DNA from: a bacterium
Lineage (GTDB): Bacteria; JAHJDO01
Reading direction: 5' to 3'
NCBI GenBank assembly: GCA_043824255.1
Contig: JBDRTG010000047.1
Location: 128,001 to 192,000 of the forward strand
Length of the DNA stretch: 64,000 nucleotides
The stretch's first letter is position 1. Every line of letters begins with the position of its first letter. The notes under the pieces are model-generated. The model did not search any database. It saw nothing but the letters and a program-made list of their open reading frames with translations, and was not told where the DNA came from. Shown piece after piece: positions 1 to 8,800 of the stretch. Both the position numbers and the translations under genes were made by a program.

Positions 1-69
1 TAACTTTAATGGTATACGTAACATTTAATGATATTATGAGAGTTGCAAAAGATAAAATCAATATCTTCC

Positions 70-1161
70 ATGGAAAAAATACCTCACAAAATAATCAATC
101 CTCCACTCAAACGCCGTAAAACCAGACCTATTAAAGTTGGAAACATTATAATAGGCGGAGATGCGCTGATATCTGTACAGTCTATGACAAAAACAGATAC
201 CAGAGATATTGATGCTACAGTTTCTCAAATAAGAAGTCTGGAGAAAACAGGCTGCGAAATTATAAGAGTGGCAGTCCCTGATATCAAAGCAGCAAAATGC
301 TTGGGAAAAATAAAAAAACAGATTAATATCCCTCTTGTTGCAGATATACATTTTGACTACAAACTTGCATTGGAAGCAATAAAACAGGGTGTTGATAAAT
401 TAAGACTTAATCCGGGAAACATTTCCAGTCAAAAGCATCTTAGTATGATCATCTCTGCAGCAGCAGAAAAAGGCATACCAATCAGAATAGGTGTAAATGC
501 AGGCTCGGTTAAGAAAAATTCAAAATTCAAAATTCAAAATTCAAAATTAATGGTAGAAGAGTGTCTTAAGTATCTAAAGATTTTTGAAAAGCATAAATTT
601 CATAATATTATCATATCACTTAAATCTTCAGACGTACTCTCTACAGTGGAAGCTTACAGGCAAATGGCAAGTAAATGCGATTATCCGTTTCACCTTGGTA
701 TTACAGAGGCAGGTCCATTGCCTGAAGGGCTTATTAAATCCTCTGTTGGCCTGGGCATACTCCTCTCAGAAGGCATTGGAGATACTATCAGAGTCTCACT
801 TACCGCACCTCCTGAAGAAGAAGTAAAAGCAGGCTTCCGGATATTACAATCACTAAAACTCAGAGAATATGGTCCGGAGATTATCTCCTGTCCGACCTGC
901 GGCAGATGTAAAATTGATGTTATAAAAATTGTAACTAAACTAAAAAAACAACTTATCTCTATTAGTTCAACATTGCCACCTATAAAAATTGCTGTCATGG
1001 GCTGCGAAGTAAATGGACCGGGTGAAGCCAAAGAAGCTGATATTGGAATTGCAGGAGGAAAAACCTCAGGAATTCTGTTCTGCAAAGGCAAAATAGTTAA
1101 AAGAGTCAAAAAAGAAAAGCTTGTTCAGGAACTGATAAGTAAAATCAGGAAATTATTGTAA
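70..1161 (+). CDS. ispG: (E)-4-hydroxy-3-methylbut-2-enyl-diphosphate synthase (GcpE)
   Basis: Motifs ISVQSMT, PLVADIHF, RLNPGN, IRIGVNAGS, GIGDTIRVSLT, SCPTCGRC and AVMGCEVNGPGEA; ATG at 70 preferred (the ORF extends to TTG 43). Confidence 0.97.
   Translation: MEKIPHKIINPPLKRRKTRPIKVGNIIIGGDALISVQSMTKTDTRDIDATVSQIRSLEKTGCEIIRVAVPDIKAAKCLGKIKKQINIPLVADIHFDYKLALEAIKQGVDKLRLNPGNISSQKHLSMIISAAAEKGIPIRIGVNAGSVKKNSKFKIQNSKLMVEECLKYLKIFEKHKFHNIIISLKSSDVLSTVEAYRQMASKCDYPFHLGITEAGPLPEGLIKSSVGLGILLSEGIGDTIRVSLTAPPEEEVKAGFRILQSLKLREYGPEIISCPTCGRCKIDVIKIVTKLKKQLISISSTLPPIKIAVMGCEVNGPGEAKEADIGIAGGKTSGILFCKGKIVKRVKKEKLVQELISKIRKLL
515..549 (+). repeat. Tandem heptamer repeat (AAAATTC)x4 + AAAATTA inside ispG
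   Basis: Read directly from the sequence; encodes NSKFKIQNSKL. Confidence 0.9.
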
Positions 1162-1221
1162 GAGAAGCATCCCCAAAAATCACACATCAAATTATTGCGC
1201 AATCAATTCGGAGAATGACGA

Positions 1222-2787
1222 ATGAGGTCACTTCAGGATTTAGACAATTATCTAAGAAAATTTGCGTTGCATTCCGCTTTAATAGAAATCGGCAAAATTA
1301 GCACACATCTTTTTGGTGATAAAAAAGTTCTTGAAAATTTTCCAATCAAAATAGGGAATACAGAAGAACACGCGACCATTGCTCAGTGGCATCTTGCCTT
1401 TTTGGCATATAGGCTTGTTATGGTATCAAATGATGGAAGAAGTAGCCGACTCAATTCTAAGGAATTATTATCGGCAAACTCGATATTTGCTGAATTCGAC
1501 GATCCACTTGGTAAAGAAAAAGATATTGTTGCATTTCTTTGCAGATTATCACAAGAACAATTTTGGTGGCAAGTAAATCGAAAATACAGTTTTGCTCGTA
1601 ATTATATTTTACTGAAAGAAATCCCCAGAGATGACACTTTTAAAAATAGAATTAAATTGGATGAAGTTTTTCTTAAGGAATATGGTTTGTCTATTTACGA
1701 TTACACGGCGATCGGTTGGGCAATAGTTACCATTTGCCGTAAAAACCCTTTCTTTAAAAAGAACAACTTACTATGTCATAGCATACCAGCCTACAAAGAT
1801 ATACTTACTGAAAATAAATTAGATAAATTCCTAGCATTAACCTCAGCAACTTATGCTGACATCAGAGCTACTTCTAGGTCATTAAATACTTTAATTCTTC
1901 CACATTACGAAAAATATCAATTCAACCCTTTATTTAAATATCCTATTGTAGAGTCGGATAGTAGATTTTTAAGGTCGTATTTTCAAGAACCTTACATAGT
2001 ACCCAATATATTACTGTTTTTAAAAAAAATTGCAGATGGAGTTTATTGGGATTTAAGAGATATATTTAAGGAAAAAGAGTCTCGAGAATTTCTTAGATTA
2101 TTTGGGGATATTTTTGAGTGTTATGTGGGGAAAATACTTGCAAATTATTTTGGCCAATCTAATGTAAAAAAACTACCACAGAATATAGGGGAAAAAATTA
2201 AAATTGCGGATTGGGCTGTTATAACTGATGATAGTATTACAATTTTTGAATGTAAGAGTCAATTATTGCCTCTTATTATCAGAGAGACCTTTAACGAACA
2301 TAAATTAAGGGAATGGTTAAATCGAAATATCATCTCAGGAATAGAACAGTTGTTTTCGACTGAAGAACAATTGCTCAAAGGAGACTCTCTGGGAATTAAG
2401 ATAGCTAATAAAAAGATATATAAAATTTTAATTACATATGAAAATATTTATCTTATTGAATCTCCTATGTTTAAAGATAGGATAAAAAAATATGTGAAAG
2501 ATAAAGGAATATTTGAACAATATTCACATAATTCTTCAGATTTCTATATTATGCATATATCCGAATTAGAATTTATGCAAAATTTTCTTAAAAAATTTAC
2601 AATTAAGAATATTTTAGAGGAGAAAAAGCATATTGATACTAAAAGAGATATAGCATCGGGTCATGACTTTTTTACTGTTTGCCATAACTTAGATTCAAAT
2701 ATTAAACCCAGCAATGATTGGTTGCATAATACTTTTAAAAAATATTTTGATAAATTTAATCTTAAAACAGAAGGTAAAAAGAGATAG
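1222..2787 (+). CDS. Hypothetical protein with a C-terminal PD-(D/E)XK nuclease-like domain
   Basis: 521 aa ORF with GGAG RBS; GDIFECYVG...IADWAVI...IFECKS fits the E..D..ExK catalytic pattern; visibly AT-richer than its flanks. Confidence 0.6.
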   Translation: MRSLQDLDNYLRKFALHSALIEIGKISTHLFGDKKVLENFPIKIGNTEEHATIAQWHLAFLAYRLVMVSNDGRSSRLNSKELLSANSIFAEFDDPLGKEKDIVAFLCRLSQEQFWWQVNRKYSFARNYILLKEIPRDDTFKNRIKLDEVFLKEYGLSIYDYTAIGWAIVTICRKNPFFKKNNLLCHSIPAYKDILTENKLDKFLALTSATYADIRATSRSLNTLILPHYEKYQFNPLFKYPIVESDSRFLRSYFQEPYIVPNILLFLKKIADGVYWDLRDIFKEKESREFLRLFGDIFECYVGKILANYFGQSNVKKLPQNIGEKIKIADWAVITDDSITIFECKSQLLPLIIRETFNEHKLREWLNRNIISGIEQLFSTEEQLLKGDSLGIKIANKKIYKILITYENIYLIESPMFKDRIKKYVKDKGIFEQYSHNSSDFYIMHISELEFMQNFLKKFTIKNILEEKKHIDTKRDIASGHDFFTVCHNLDSNIKPSNDWLHNTFKKYFDKFNLKTEGKKR

Positions 2788-2837
2788 CGACCTTTTCTTA
2801 AAAATCATGCTCTCACCAAATCTACAATAACCACCAG

Positions 2838-4130
2838 CTAAAGCAGGCGGTTGCGACGGAGGGGACACAAAACTGATATAAGGGCTAAAAATCGCGAAAA
2901 AGAATCGGGTAAAAGCAAAACTATATAAATTGTTGCTATAATAGTTAATCCACCGAGAAACCCAAATGCTCCGGCAGGAGATAATCCAATCACTTCAAGA
3001 ATTAACCACAACATTCCTGAAGCTGCTAAAATACCCGTGAAGGACAGGAAATTAGTTGTAGCCAGAAACTTACCTCTTGAATCTTTCGGGCTGTTTTCCT
3101 GAATATACGCATTGAGCGGAATAACAAAAAAACCGCTGGAGATACCAAGAAAAATAAGACAAATAACTGTGAATGGAATAGATGTATATGAAAATGCAAG
3201 AAGTATTGAAAAAATGCTTAATCCAACTGAACCCAATGGTACAAATCCAAACTCAATCCTTCCTCTTGAGAGCTTTCCAGCAAGAAAACTGCCTATGCCC
3301 ACGCCAAGAGCAACTACAGTGAGCAATAATCCTGTTGCAAGCTGTGAAACATGCATCATCTTACTGGTATATAAGAGGATATTTAATTGAAATAAAGCTC
3401 CTAGAAACCAGAAATAGACTATGCCTGTCATAGAAAGATACATCGGGCGTTTTTCCTTTACAATCTTTATTGTGGACCAGATATCGCTAAGAAAATTTAT
3501 TTGGAATTTTCGTTTTGAGCCAGATGGAAGAACCTTATGAATGTAAAAACTTGTTATTATTCCCAGTAATGAGATTATAATGAATGCAATTGACCCAAGA
3601 TATGCTTTTCCTTTAACTGCTGTCATCAAAAATCCTCCGAATGCCATGCCGAGAATTATTGCCAGAAATGTCCACATCTGCATAAGCCCATTCCCTTCGG
3701 AGATTTCCTCCTCAGTAAGAACTTCCGGAAGAATTCCATATTTTGCAGGGCCGAAGAAAGCACTCTGTGTTCCCATCAGGAAAAGTACTGCATAAATAAA
3801 AGTAAAGTTTCCTGAGAACAGCGCAATCATGCCCAGAGCCATAATGGCAAGCTCTGCAAATTTGGCATAAATCATAATGGTTCGTTTACTAACCCGGTCA
3901 GCAAAAAAGCCGGCATAGGAAGAGAAAAGCAGAAACGGCAGGATGAAAAATGCACTTGCTGCGCTTAGATACTCAGCTCCTGCAGCGCTCTTTATCATAT
4001 GCTCTACTGCAATAAAGGATATTATCAGCTTAAATGCATTATCATTAAATGCACCCAGAAATTGTGTTGCAAGAAGAGCCCTAAATCCCCTGCTTTTCAG
4101 GTTATTATTCATAATTATAGAAAGTCTCAT
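2838..4130 (-). CDS. MFS transporter, LplT/Aas N-terminal type (lysophospholipid flippase-like)
   Basis: TQFLGAFNDNAFK, LPFLLFSSYAGFFADRVSK and QSAFFGPAKYGILPE motifs; about 12 hydrophobic segments; alternative start 4112. Confidence 0.88.
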   Translation of the reverse strand: MRLSIIMNNNLKSRGFRALLATQFLGAFNDNAFKLIISFIAVEHMIKSAAGAEYLSAASAFFILPFLLFSSYAGFFADRVSKRTIMIYAKFAELAIMALGMIALFSGNFTFIYAVLFLMGTQSAFFGPAKYGILPEVLTEEEISEGNGLMQMWTFLAIILGMAFGGFLMTAVKGKAYLGSIAFIIISLLGIITSFYIHKVLPSGSKRKFQINFLSDIWSTIKIVKEKRPMYLSMTGIVYFWFLGALFQLNILLYTSKMMHVSQLATGLLLTVVALGVGIGSFLAGKLSRGRIEFGFVPLGSVGLSIFSILLAFSYTSIPFTVICLIFLGISSGFFVIPLNAYIQENSPKDSRGKFLATTNFLSFTGILAASGMLWLILEVIGLSPAGAFGFLGGLTIIATIYIVLLLPDSFSRFLALISVLCPLRRNRLL

Positions 4131-4144
4131 TTTGATGGAGAAAC

Positions 4145-5863
4145 TTAAACTTTATCGCTTCTTGATACTATTTTTTCTACTTCTTTCCGCTTTATCTTCT
4201 GTGTTGATGTTTTGGGGAGTTCTTTTTCTGAGATCAGGAAATTTGTGATTTTTTTGTATGGAGCAAGGAGTTTGCAATGTTTGTTTATCTCTTCTCTAAT
4301 AAAAGACTGAATATCTTCCTTTAATGCTAACCCATCCTTCTTAATTCTTTCAAGATTTGGAACTACAATTGCAAATACCTCTTCAGTTCCCGCCTTTATA
4401 CCACTGGCAACTTTTTTCCCTAATACACATATTTCCTCTATATAAGGACTCTTTGAGAGAACTTCCTCAACTTCTTCAGGGTGGATTTTCTTCCCTCCAT
4501 CAGTAATAATTATATTCTTAAGCCGACCAGTTATATAAAGATAGCCATCTTCATCAGTATATCCTATATCTCCTGTATGGAACCAGCCATTAGAGAAAGC
4601 CTTATCTGTTGCCTGTGGATTTTTATAATATCCATTCATAACCTGTGGACCTCTTATTAAAATTTCGCCTGTTTTGTCTTCAGGATTCTGAGAAGCAATC
4701 TTTATCTCCGTCCCCGGCAAAGGCTTTCCTACAGAACCTATGCGATTATGTTTGAATGTATTTACTGTTACAACAGGAGAGGTCTCTGTAAGTCCATAAC
4801 CTTCCAGCACTGTAATACCCATTAAATTCAAATTACGGGTAATTTCAGCATCAAGTGGTGCGCCCCCTGATATAAAACACCTTAACTCCCCTCCAAACTC
4901 CTTATGAACTTTTTTAAAAAGAATTTTACCGGGATTAATACCAAGTTTACCAAATCTAGAAGAAATATTCAGACTCATATTAAACAGCTTTCTTGTATAA
5001 TTGGAGCTTGTGTTTAATTTTGATAATATTGAATGATATAAAAATTTGATAAATTTTGGGACTGCAAGTATTATTGTCGGCTGTGTTTTTCGCATCACAG
5101 CGGAAATAGAAGAAAGTTTTATCCCTTTTGACATATATGTAATTCTTGCGCCTTTTGAAAGAGGAGTAATAAATCCCCCCGTTATTTCAAACATATGATT
5201 AAGAGGAAGTATTGATAAGAATCTATCCTTTTCTGAGAAACTGATTACCTTGCTAATTGCATCTATCTGATGAAGAATGTTATTGTATGTCAGCTTAACA
5301 CCCTTTGGATCCCCTGTTGTGCCCGAAGTATAGACAATTGAGATTAAATCCTCATTATCAATGTCCCTATGGTATGGTTCATTTTTTCTCCACCTGAGCT
5401 CTCCAAAAGACAGAAGGTTTTCATCTGTCTTTTCATATTCAAGCGATATAAGAAAAATGTCCTTGCCAAAACCTGATATTATGCTTTTTATTTTTTCTAT
5501 ATACTTGCCTGAGACTATAATAGCTCTGGCTTCAGAATGAGCAAGTATAAAACTTATTTCTTTTTCTTCTAACTTTATATCCAGAGGAACAACAACAGCT
5601 CCTGCAGCCACTATTCCAAAAAATGCAATCCCCCATTCAGGTCTGCTTTCAGAAAATATACAGACTCTATCTCCTTTTTCTATGCCATTCTTCATCAGTG
5701 TTGCTGAAATATCTCTGGTTCTATCAGTAAGTTCACAGTAGGTTACCATTCTCATTCTGCCATCTTTTTCGAAAATCTCCAGAGCAACTTTGTCTGAATA
5801 CAGATCATTAGCCTTCTGTAAAATCTGAAGCACTGATAATTTATTAAAGTATTTTCCCTGCAT
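4145..5863 (-). CDS. Long-chain acyl-CoA/acyl-ACP synthetase (AMP-binding)
   Basis: YTSGTTGDPKG, EGYGLTETSP, WFHTGDIG and GRLKNII motifs; GAGGT RBS before ATG 5863. Confidence 0.92.
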   Translation of the reverse strand: MQGKYFNKLSVLQILQKANDLYSDKVALEIFEKDGRMRMVTYCELTDRTRDISATLMKNGIEKGDRVCIFSESRPEWGIAFFGIVAAGAVVVPLDIKLEEKEISFILAHSEARAIIVSGKYIEKIKSIISGFGKDIFLISLEYEKTDENLLSFGELRWRKNEPYHRDIDNEDLISIVYTSGTTGDPKGVKLTYNNILHQIDAISKVISFSEKDRFLSILPLNHMFEITGGFITPLSKGARITYMSKGIKLSSISAVMRKTQPTIILAVPKFIKFLYHSILSKLNTSSNYTRKLFNMSLNISSRFGKLGINPGKILFKKVHKEFGGELRCFISGGAPLDAEITRNLNLMGITVLEGYGLTETSPVVTVNTFKHNRIGSVGKPLPGTEIKIASQNPEDKTGEILIRGPQVMNGYYKNPQATDKAFSNGWFHTGDIGYTDEDGYLYITGRLKNIIITDGGKKIHPEEVEEVLSKSPYIEEICVLGKKVASGIKAGTEEVFAIVVPNLERIKKDGLALKEDIQSFIREEINKHCKLLAPYKKITNFLISEKELPKTSTQKIKRKEVEKIVSRSDKV

Positions 5864-5931
5864 ATTGATAACCTCTTTCAATTTTTAATTATACCATAAA
5901 TGGTTCAAAGTTTTGTGTAAATTCATTCTAC

Positions 5932-5960
5932 TTTACAACCCAGCATAGATAAATTATAAT
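5932..5960 (+). promoter_or_regulatory. Sigma70-type promoter of proS
   Basis: TTTACA-17 bp-TATAAT. Confidence 0.65.
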
Positions 5961-5988
5961 CCATAGCAGTAAAAAGGTATAAAATATT

Positions 5989-7704
5989 ATGCAATGGACT
6001 GAGTCTCTTATAAATACTCTGTGGCAGGTACCATCTGAGGCAGAAATTTCGTCTCATAAATTAATGCTTCGTGCCGGGCTTATCAAAAAGCTCGCTGCAG
6101 GCATATACATCTTTATGCCTCTAGGACTTAAAGTATTACGCAAAATAGAAAATATCGTTCGAGAAGAAATGGACACCTCTGGAGCTTTAGAACTTTTGAT
6201 GCCAACTCTTCAACCTGAGCAACTATGGCAGGAAAGTGGAAGATGGAATAAGATGGGTAAGGAGATGATGAAGGTTCAAGACCGCCACAAGAGACAATTT
6301 GGTCTTGGCCCAACACATGAAGAGATTGTAACAGATATTATTCGCAAAGAAGTTAAATCATACAGACAGCTACCTGTCACACTCTATCAGATTCAAACAA
6401 AGTTCAGAGATGAAATAAGACCGCGATTTGGAGTTATCAGAGCCAGAGAATTTACTATGAAAGATGCATATAGCTTTGATAGAGATATTGAGGGATTAAA
6501 TAAAAACTATAAGAAAATGTATGATGTTTATTGCAAAATATTTGACAGATGCGCATTGAAATATCAAATTGTTGAAGCGGAATCTGGCATTATGGGAGGG
6601 GATGTGTCTCATGAATTTATGGCTTTAGCTGATTCAGGAGAAGATACAATTGTTCTATGTCCGTCCTGTGGATATAGTGCAAGTATGGAAAAAGCAGAAG
6701 CTGTAAATATAAAGCAGAAGATAGTAGACAAACAAAAGGAGAAGCCAATAAAAGAAATTGATACACCAGAAGTCAAGACAATAAAGCAATTAACTGAACT
6801 TCTAAAGATTAGCCCAAAGAACCTGGTAAAAACTTTAATATACAAAACTAATAACCAACTTATAGCTGTGCTTATTCGCGGAGATCATGAAGTAAATATA
6901 ACAAAATTGCTTAAGCTTATTAAATGCGAAGAACTTGAACTTGCAGATTCTGATATTGTTGAGAGAATAACAGGCGCTCCTGTTGGTTTTACGGGACCAG
7001 TTGGGATGAAGGGAAAGATTAAAATTGTAGCAGATAATGAGGTTTTGAATATGAGAAACTTTATTACAGGAGCAAATAAAAAGGATACACACCTGTTGAA
7101 TGTGAATATTGGACGAGACTTTAAGATTGATATATCAGGAGATATCAGGTTTATTACAGAAAGTGACCAATGCCCAAAATGTAGTGGTCATATAAAAATC
7201 AAAAAAGGAATAGAACTCGGGCATATATTTAAACTTGGAACTAAATACAGCAAATCTATGGGAGCAGGATTTCTCGATAAACACGGTAAGGAAAAGACAA
7301 TTCTAATGGGTTGTTATGGAATTGGAATATCCAGAATTATTGCAGCAGTTATAGAACAAAATAACGATGAAAATGGAATAATATGGCCAAAATCAATAGC
7401 TCCACATCAAGTAGAAATTTTGCCTTTAAATGTTAATGACAAGGAGACAATGCAGATAGCAAAAAATTTATATAAAAAATTTCTATCAGAGAAAATAGAA
7501 GCTATTATTGATGATAGGGATGAACGGCCAGGAATAAAATTCAAGGATGCAGATTTAATCGGGATACCAATCAGAATTACAATTAGTCCCCAAAAAGCAA
7601 AAGACAATATTGTGGAAATCCATAAAAGAGATACAGGTGAAAATAAACTGGTGAATATAGATGATCTGTTAGAGAATTTGACAAACGTCCAAAGTCTTGT
7701 ATAA
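5989..7704 (+). CDS. proS: Proline--tRNA ligase (bacterial type with INS editing domain)
   Basis: SHKLMLRAG, LGPTHEE, QTKFRDEIRPRFG, GIELGHIFKLG and MGCYGIG motifs. Confidence 0.98.
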   Translation: MQWTESLINTLWQVPSEAEISSHKLMLRAGLIKKLAAGIYIFMPLGLKVLRKIENIVREEMDTSGALELLMPTLQPEQLWQESGRWNKMGKEMMKVQDRHKRQFGLGPTHEEIVTDIIRKEVKSYRQLPVTLYQIQTKFRDEIRPRFGVIRAREFTMKDAYSFDRDIEGLNKNYKKMYDVYCKIFDRCALKYQIVEAESGIMGGDVSHEFMALADSGEDTIVLCPSCGYSASMEKAEAVNIKQKIVDKQKEKPIKEIDTPEVKTIKQLTELLKISPKNLVKTLIYKTNNQLIAVLIRGDHEVNITKLLKLIKCEELELADSDIVERITGAPVGFTGPVGMKGKIKIVADNEVLNMRNFITGANKKDTHLLNVNIGRDFKIDISGDIRFITESDQCPKCSGHIKIKKGIELGHIFKLGTKYSKSMGAGFLDKHGKEKTILMGCYGIGISRIIAAVIEQNNDENGIIWPKSIAPHQVEILPLNVNDKETMQIAKNLYKKFLSEKIEAIIDDRDERPGIKFKDADLIGIPIRITISPQKAKDNIVEIHKRDTGENKLVNIDDLLENLTNVQSLV

Positions 7705-7705
7705 T
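7678..7705 (+). promoter_or_regulatory. Sigma70 promoter in the 3' end of proS, likely driving the PilZ gene
   Basis: TTGACA-16 bp-TATAAT. Confidence 0.55.
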
Positions 7706-7735
7706 TAAAAAGGGTAAAAGAGGAGTAATTTCAGT

Positions 7736-8131
7736 ATGCCTAATCCAAAAATGCAAATTAAAAAATCGCGAGGGGATGTTAGATTTCGTATAGCTTTACC
7801 TGTAGAATATGAAAAAGAATACACTATTGCGAAAGAAAAAATAGTTAAGAAAACTATTGCACGAGATCTTAGTGGAGGAGGCATACAATTTGAAACAGAC
7901 GAAGATATTCCAAAAGGTATAAAACTTTCACTTAAAATAAAAATGCCAAAATTAGGAAAATTCTTTACAGTCAATGCAGAAGTAACCTACTCCAAAAAAA
8001 TCAGCAGTGGTGTATATGATATAGGAGCAAAATTCCTGAATATATCTCAAGAAGCTAAAGAGGCTATAAACATGTTCTATTACATTAATAGATTAGAACG
8101 AAAAGGGCCTATGGCTACCTATCAGAAATAG
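7736..8131 (+). CDS. PilZ domain protein (c-di-GMP binding)
   Basis: RxxxR (RGDVR) and DLSGGG motifs; C-terminal GAKF; AGGAG RBS. Confidence 0.85.
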   Translation: MPNPKMQIKKSRGDVRFRIALPVEYEKEYTIAKEKIVKKTIARDLSGGGIQFETDEDIPKGIKLSLKIKMPKLGKFFTVNAEVTYSKKISSGVYDIGAKFLNISQEAKEAINMFYYINRLERKGPMATYQK

Positions 8132-8797
8132 CTACGTTTTCTCATATTCTACTTTAATCTTCTTCATATCCTGCCAGACAAGTTTTTTTTCATTTGGATT
8201 GTATAACAAGTAAGCAGGATGAAACGTAGGAATTAATTTTGCATCCATATATTCAAAGAATCTCCCTCTAAGCTGAGAGATAGGCTGTTGGCTATTGAGA
8301 AGAGTTTGCGCAGCAAACTTACCTAAAGCACAAATAATCTTTGGCTTTATTATGCTTATCTGTTTAGATAAATATCCTTGACACATAGCGATTTCATAAG
8401 GCTCAGGATTCCTATTCCCCGGAGGCCTGCACTTAAGAATATTAGCTATATAAACGTCTGTTCTTTTAAGCCCTATTGAATTTATTATTTTTGTTAAAAG
8501 CTGTCCTGCTTTACCAACAAATGGTTCACCCTGTAAATCCTCGTCTCTTCCAGGTGCCTCTCCCACAAACATAAGCTTTGCATGCTCATCTCCAGCGCCA
8601 AAAACCAGATGAGTTCTTGTTTTTGCAAGTGGACACTTCTGACAGCCCTTTATTTTCTCTTTTAAGTTTAAGAGACCTCCTGCACACTCACCCTGCGTAG
8701 GATTCTCAACTTCTATGCCCTGTTCGCATAGATACTGTTTTGTGAGCCTCACAACATCCAACAGTTCTTCTTGTAGAGACTGTTTATCAATACTCAT
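8132..8797 (-). CDS. Uracil-DNA glycosylase, family 4 (Fe-S)
   Basis: [26 protein letters not shown] and TFHPAYLL motifs. Confidence 0.95.
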   Translation of the reverse strand: MSIDKQSLQEELLDVVRLTKQYLCEQGIEVENPTQGECAGGLLNLKEKIKGCQKCPLAKTRTHLVFGAGDEHAKLMFVGEAPGRDEDLQGEPFVGKAGQLLTKIINSIGLKRTDVYIANILKCRPPGNRNPEPYEIAMCQGYLSKQISIIKPKIICALGKFAAQTLLNSQQPISQLRGRFFEYMDAKLIPTFHPAYLLYNPNEKKLVWQDMKKIKVEYEKT

Positions 8798-8800
8798 AAA

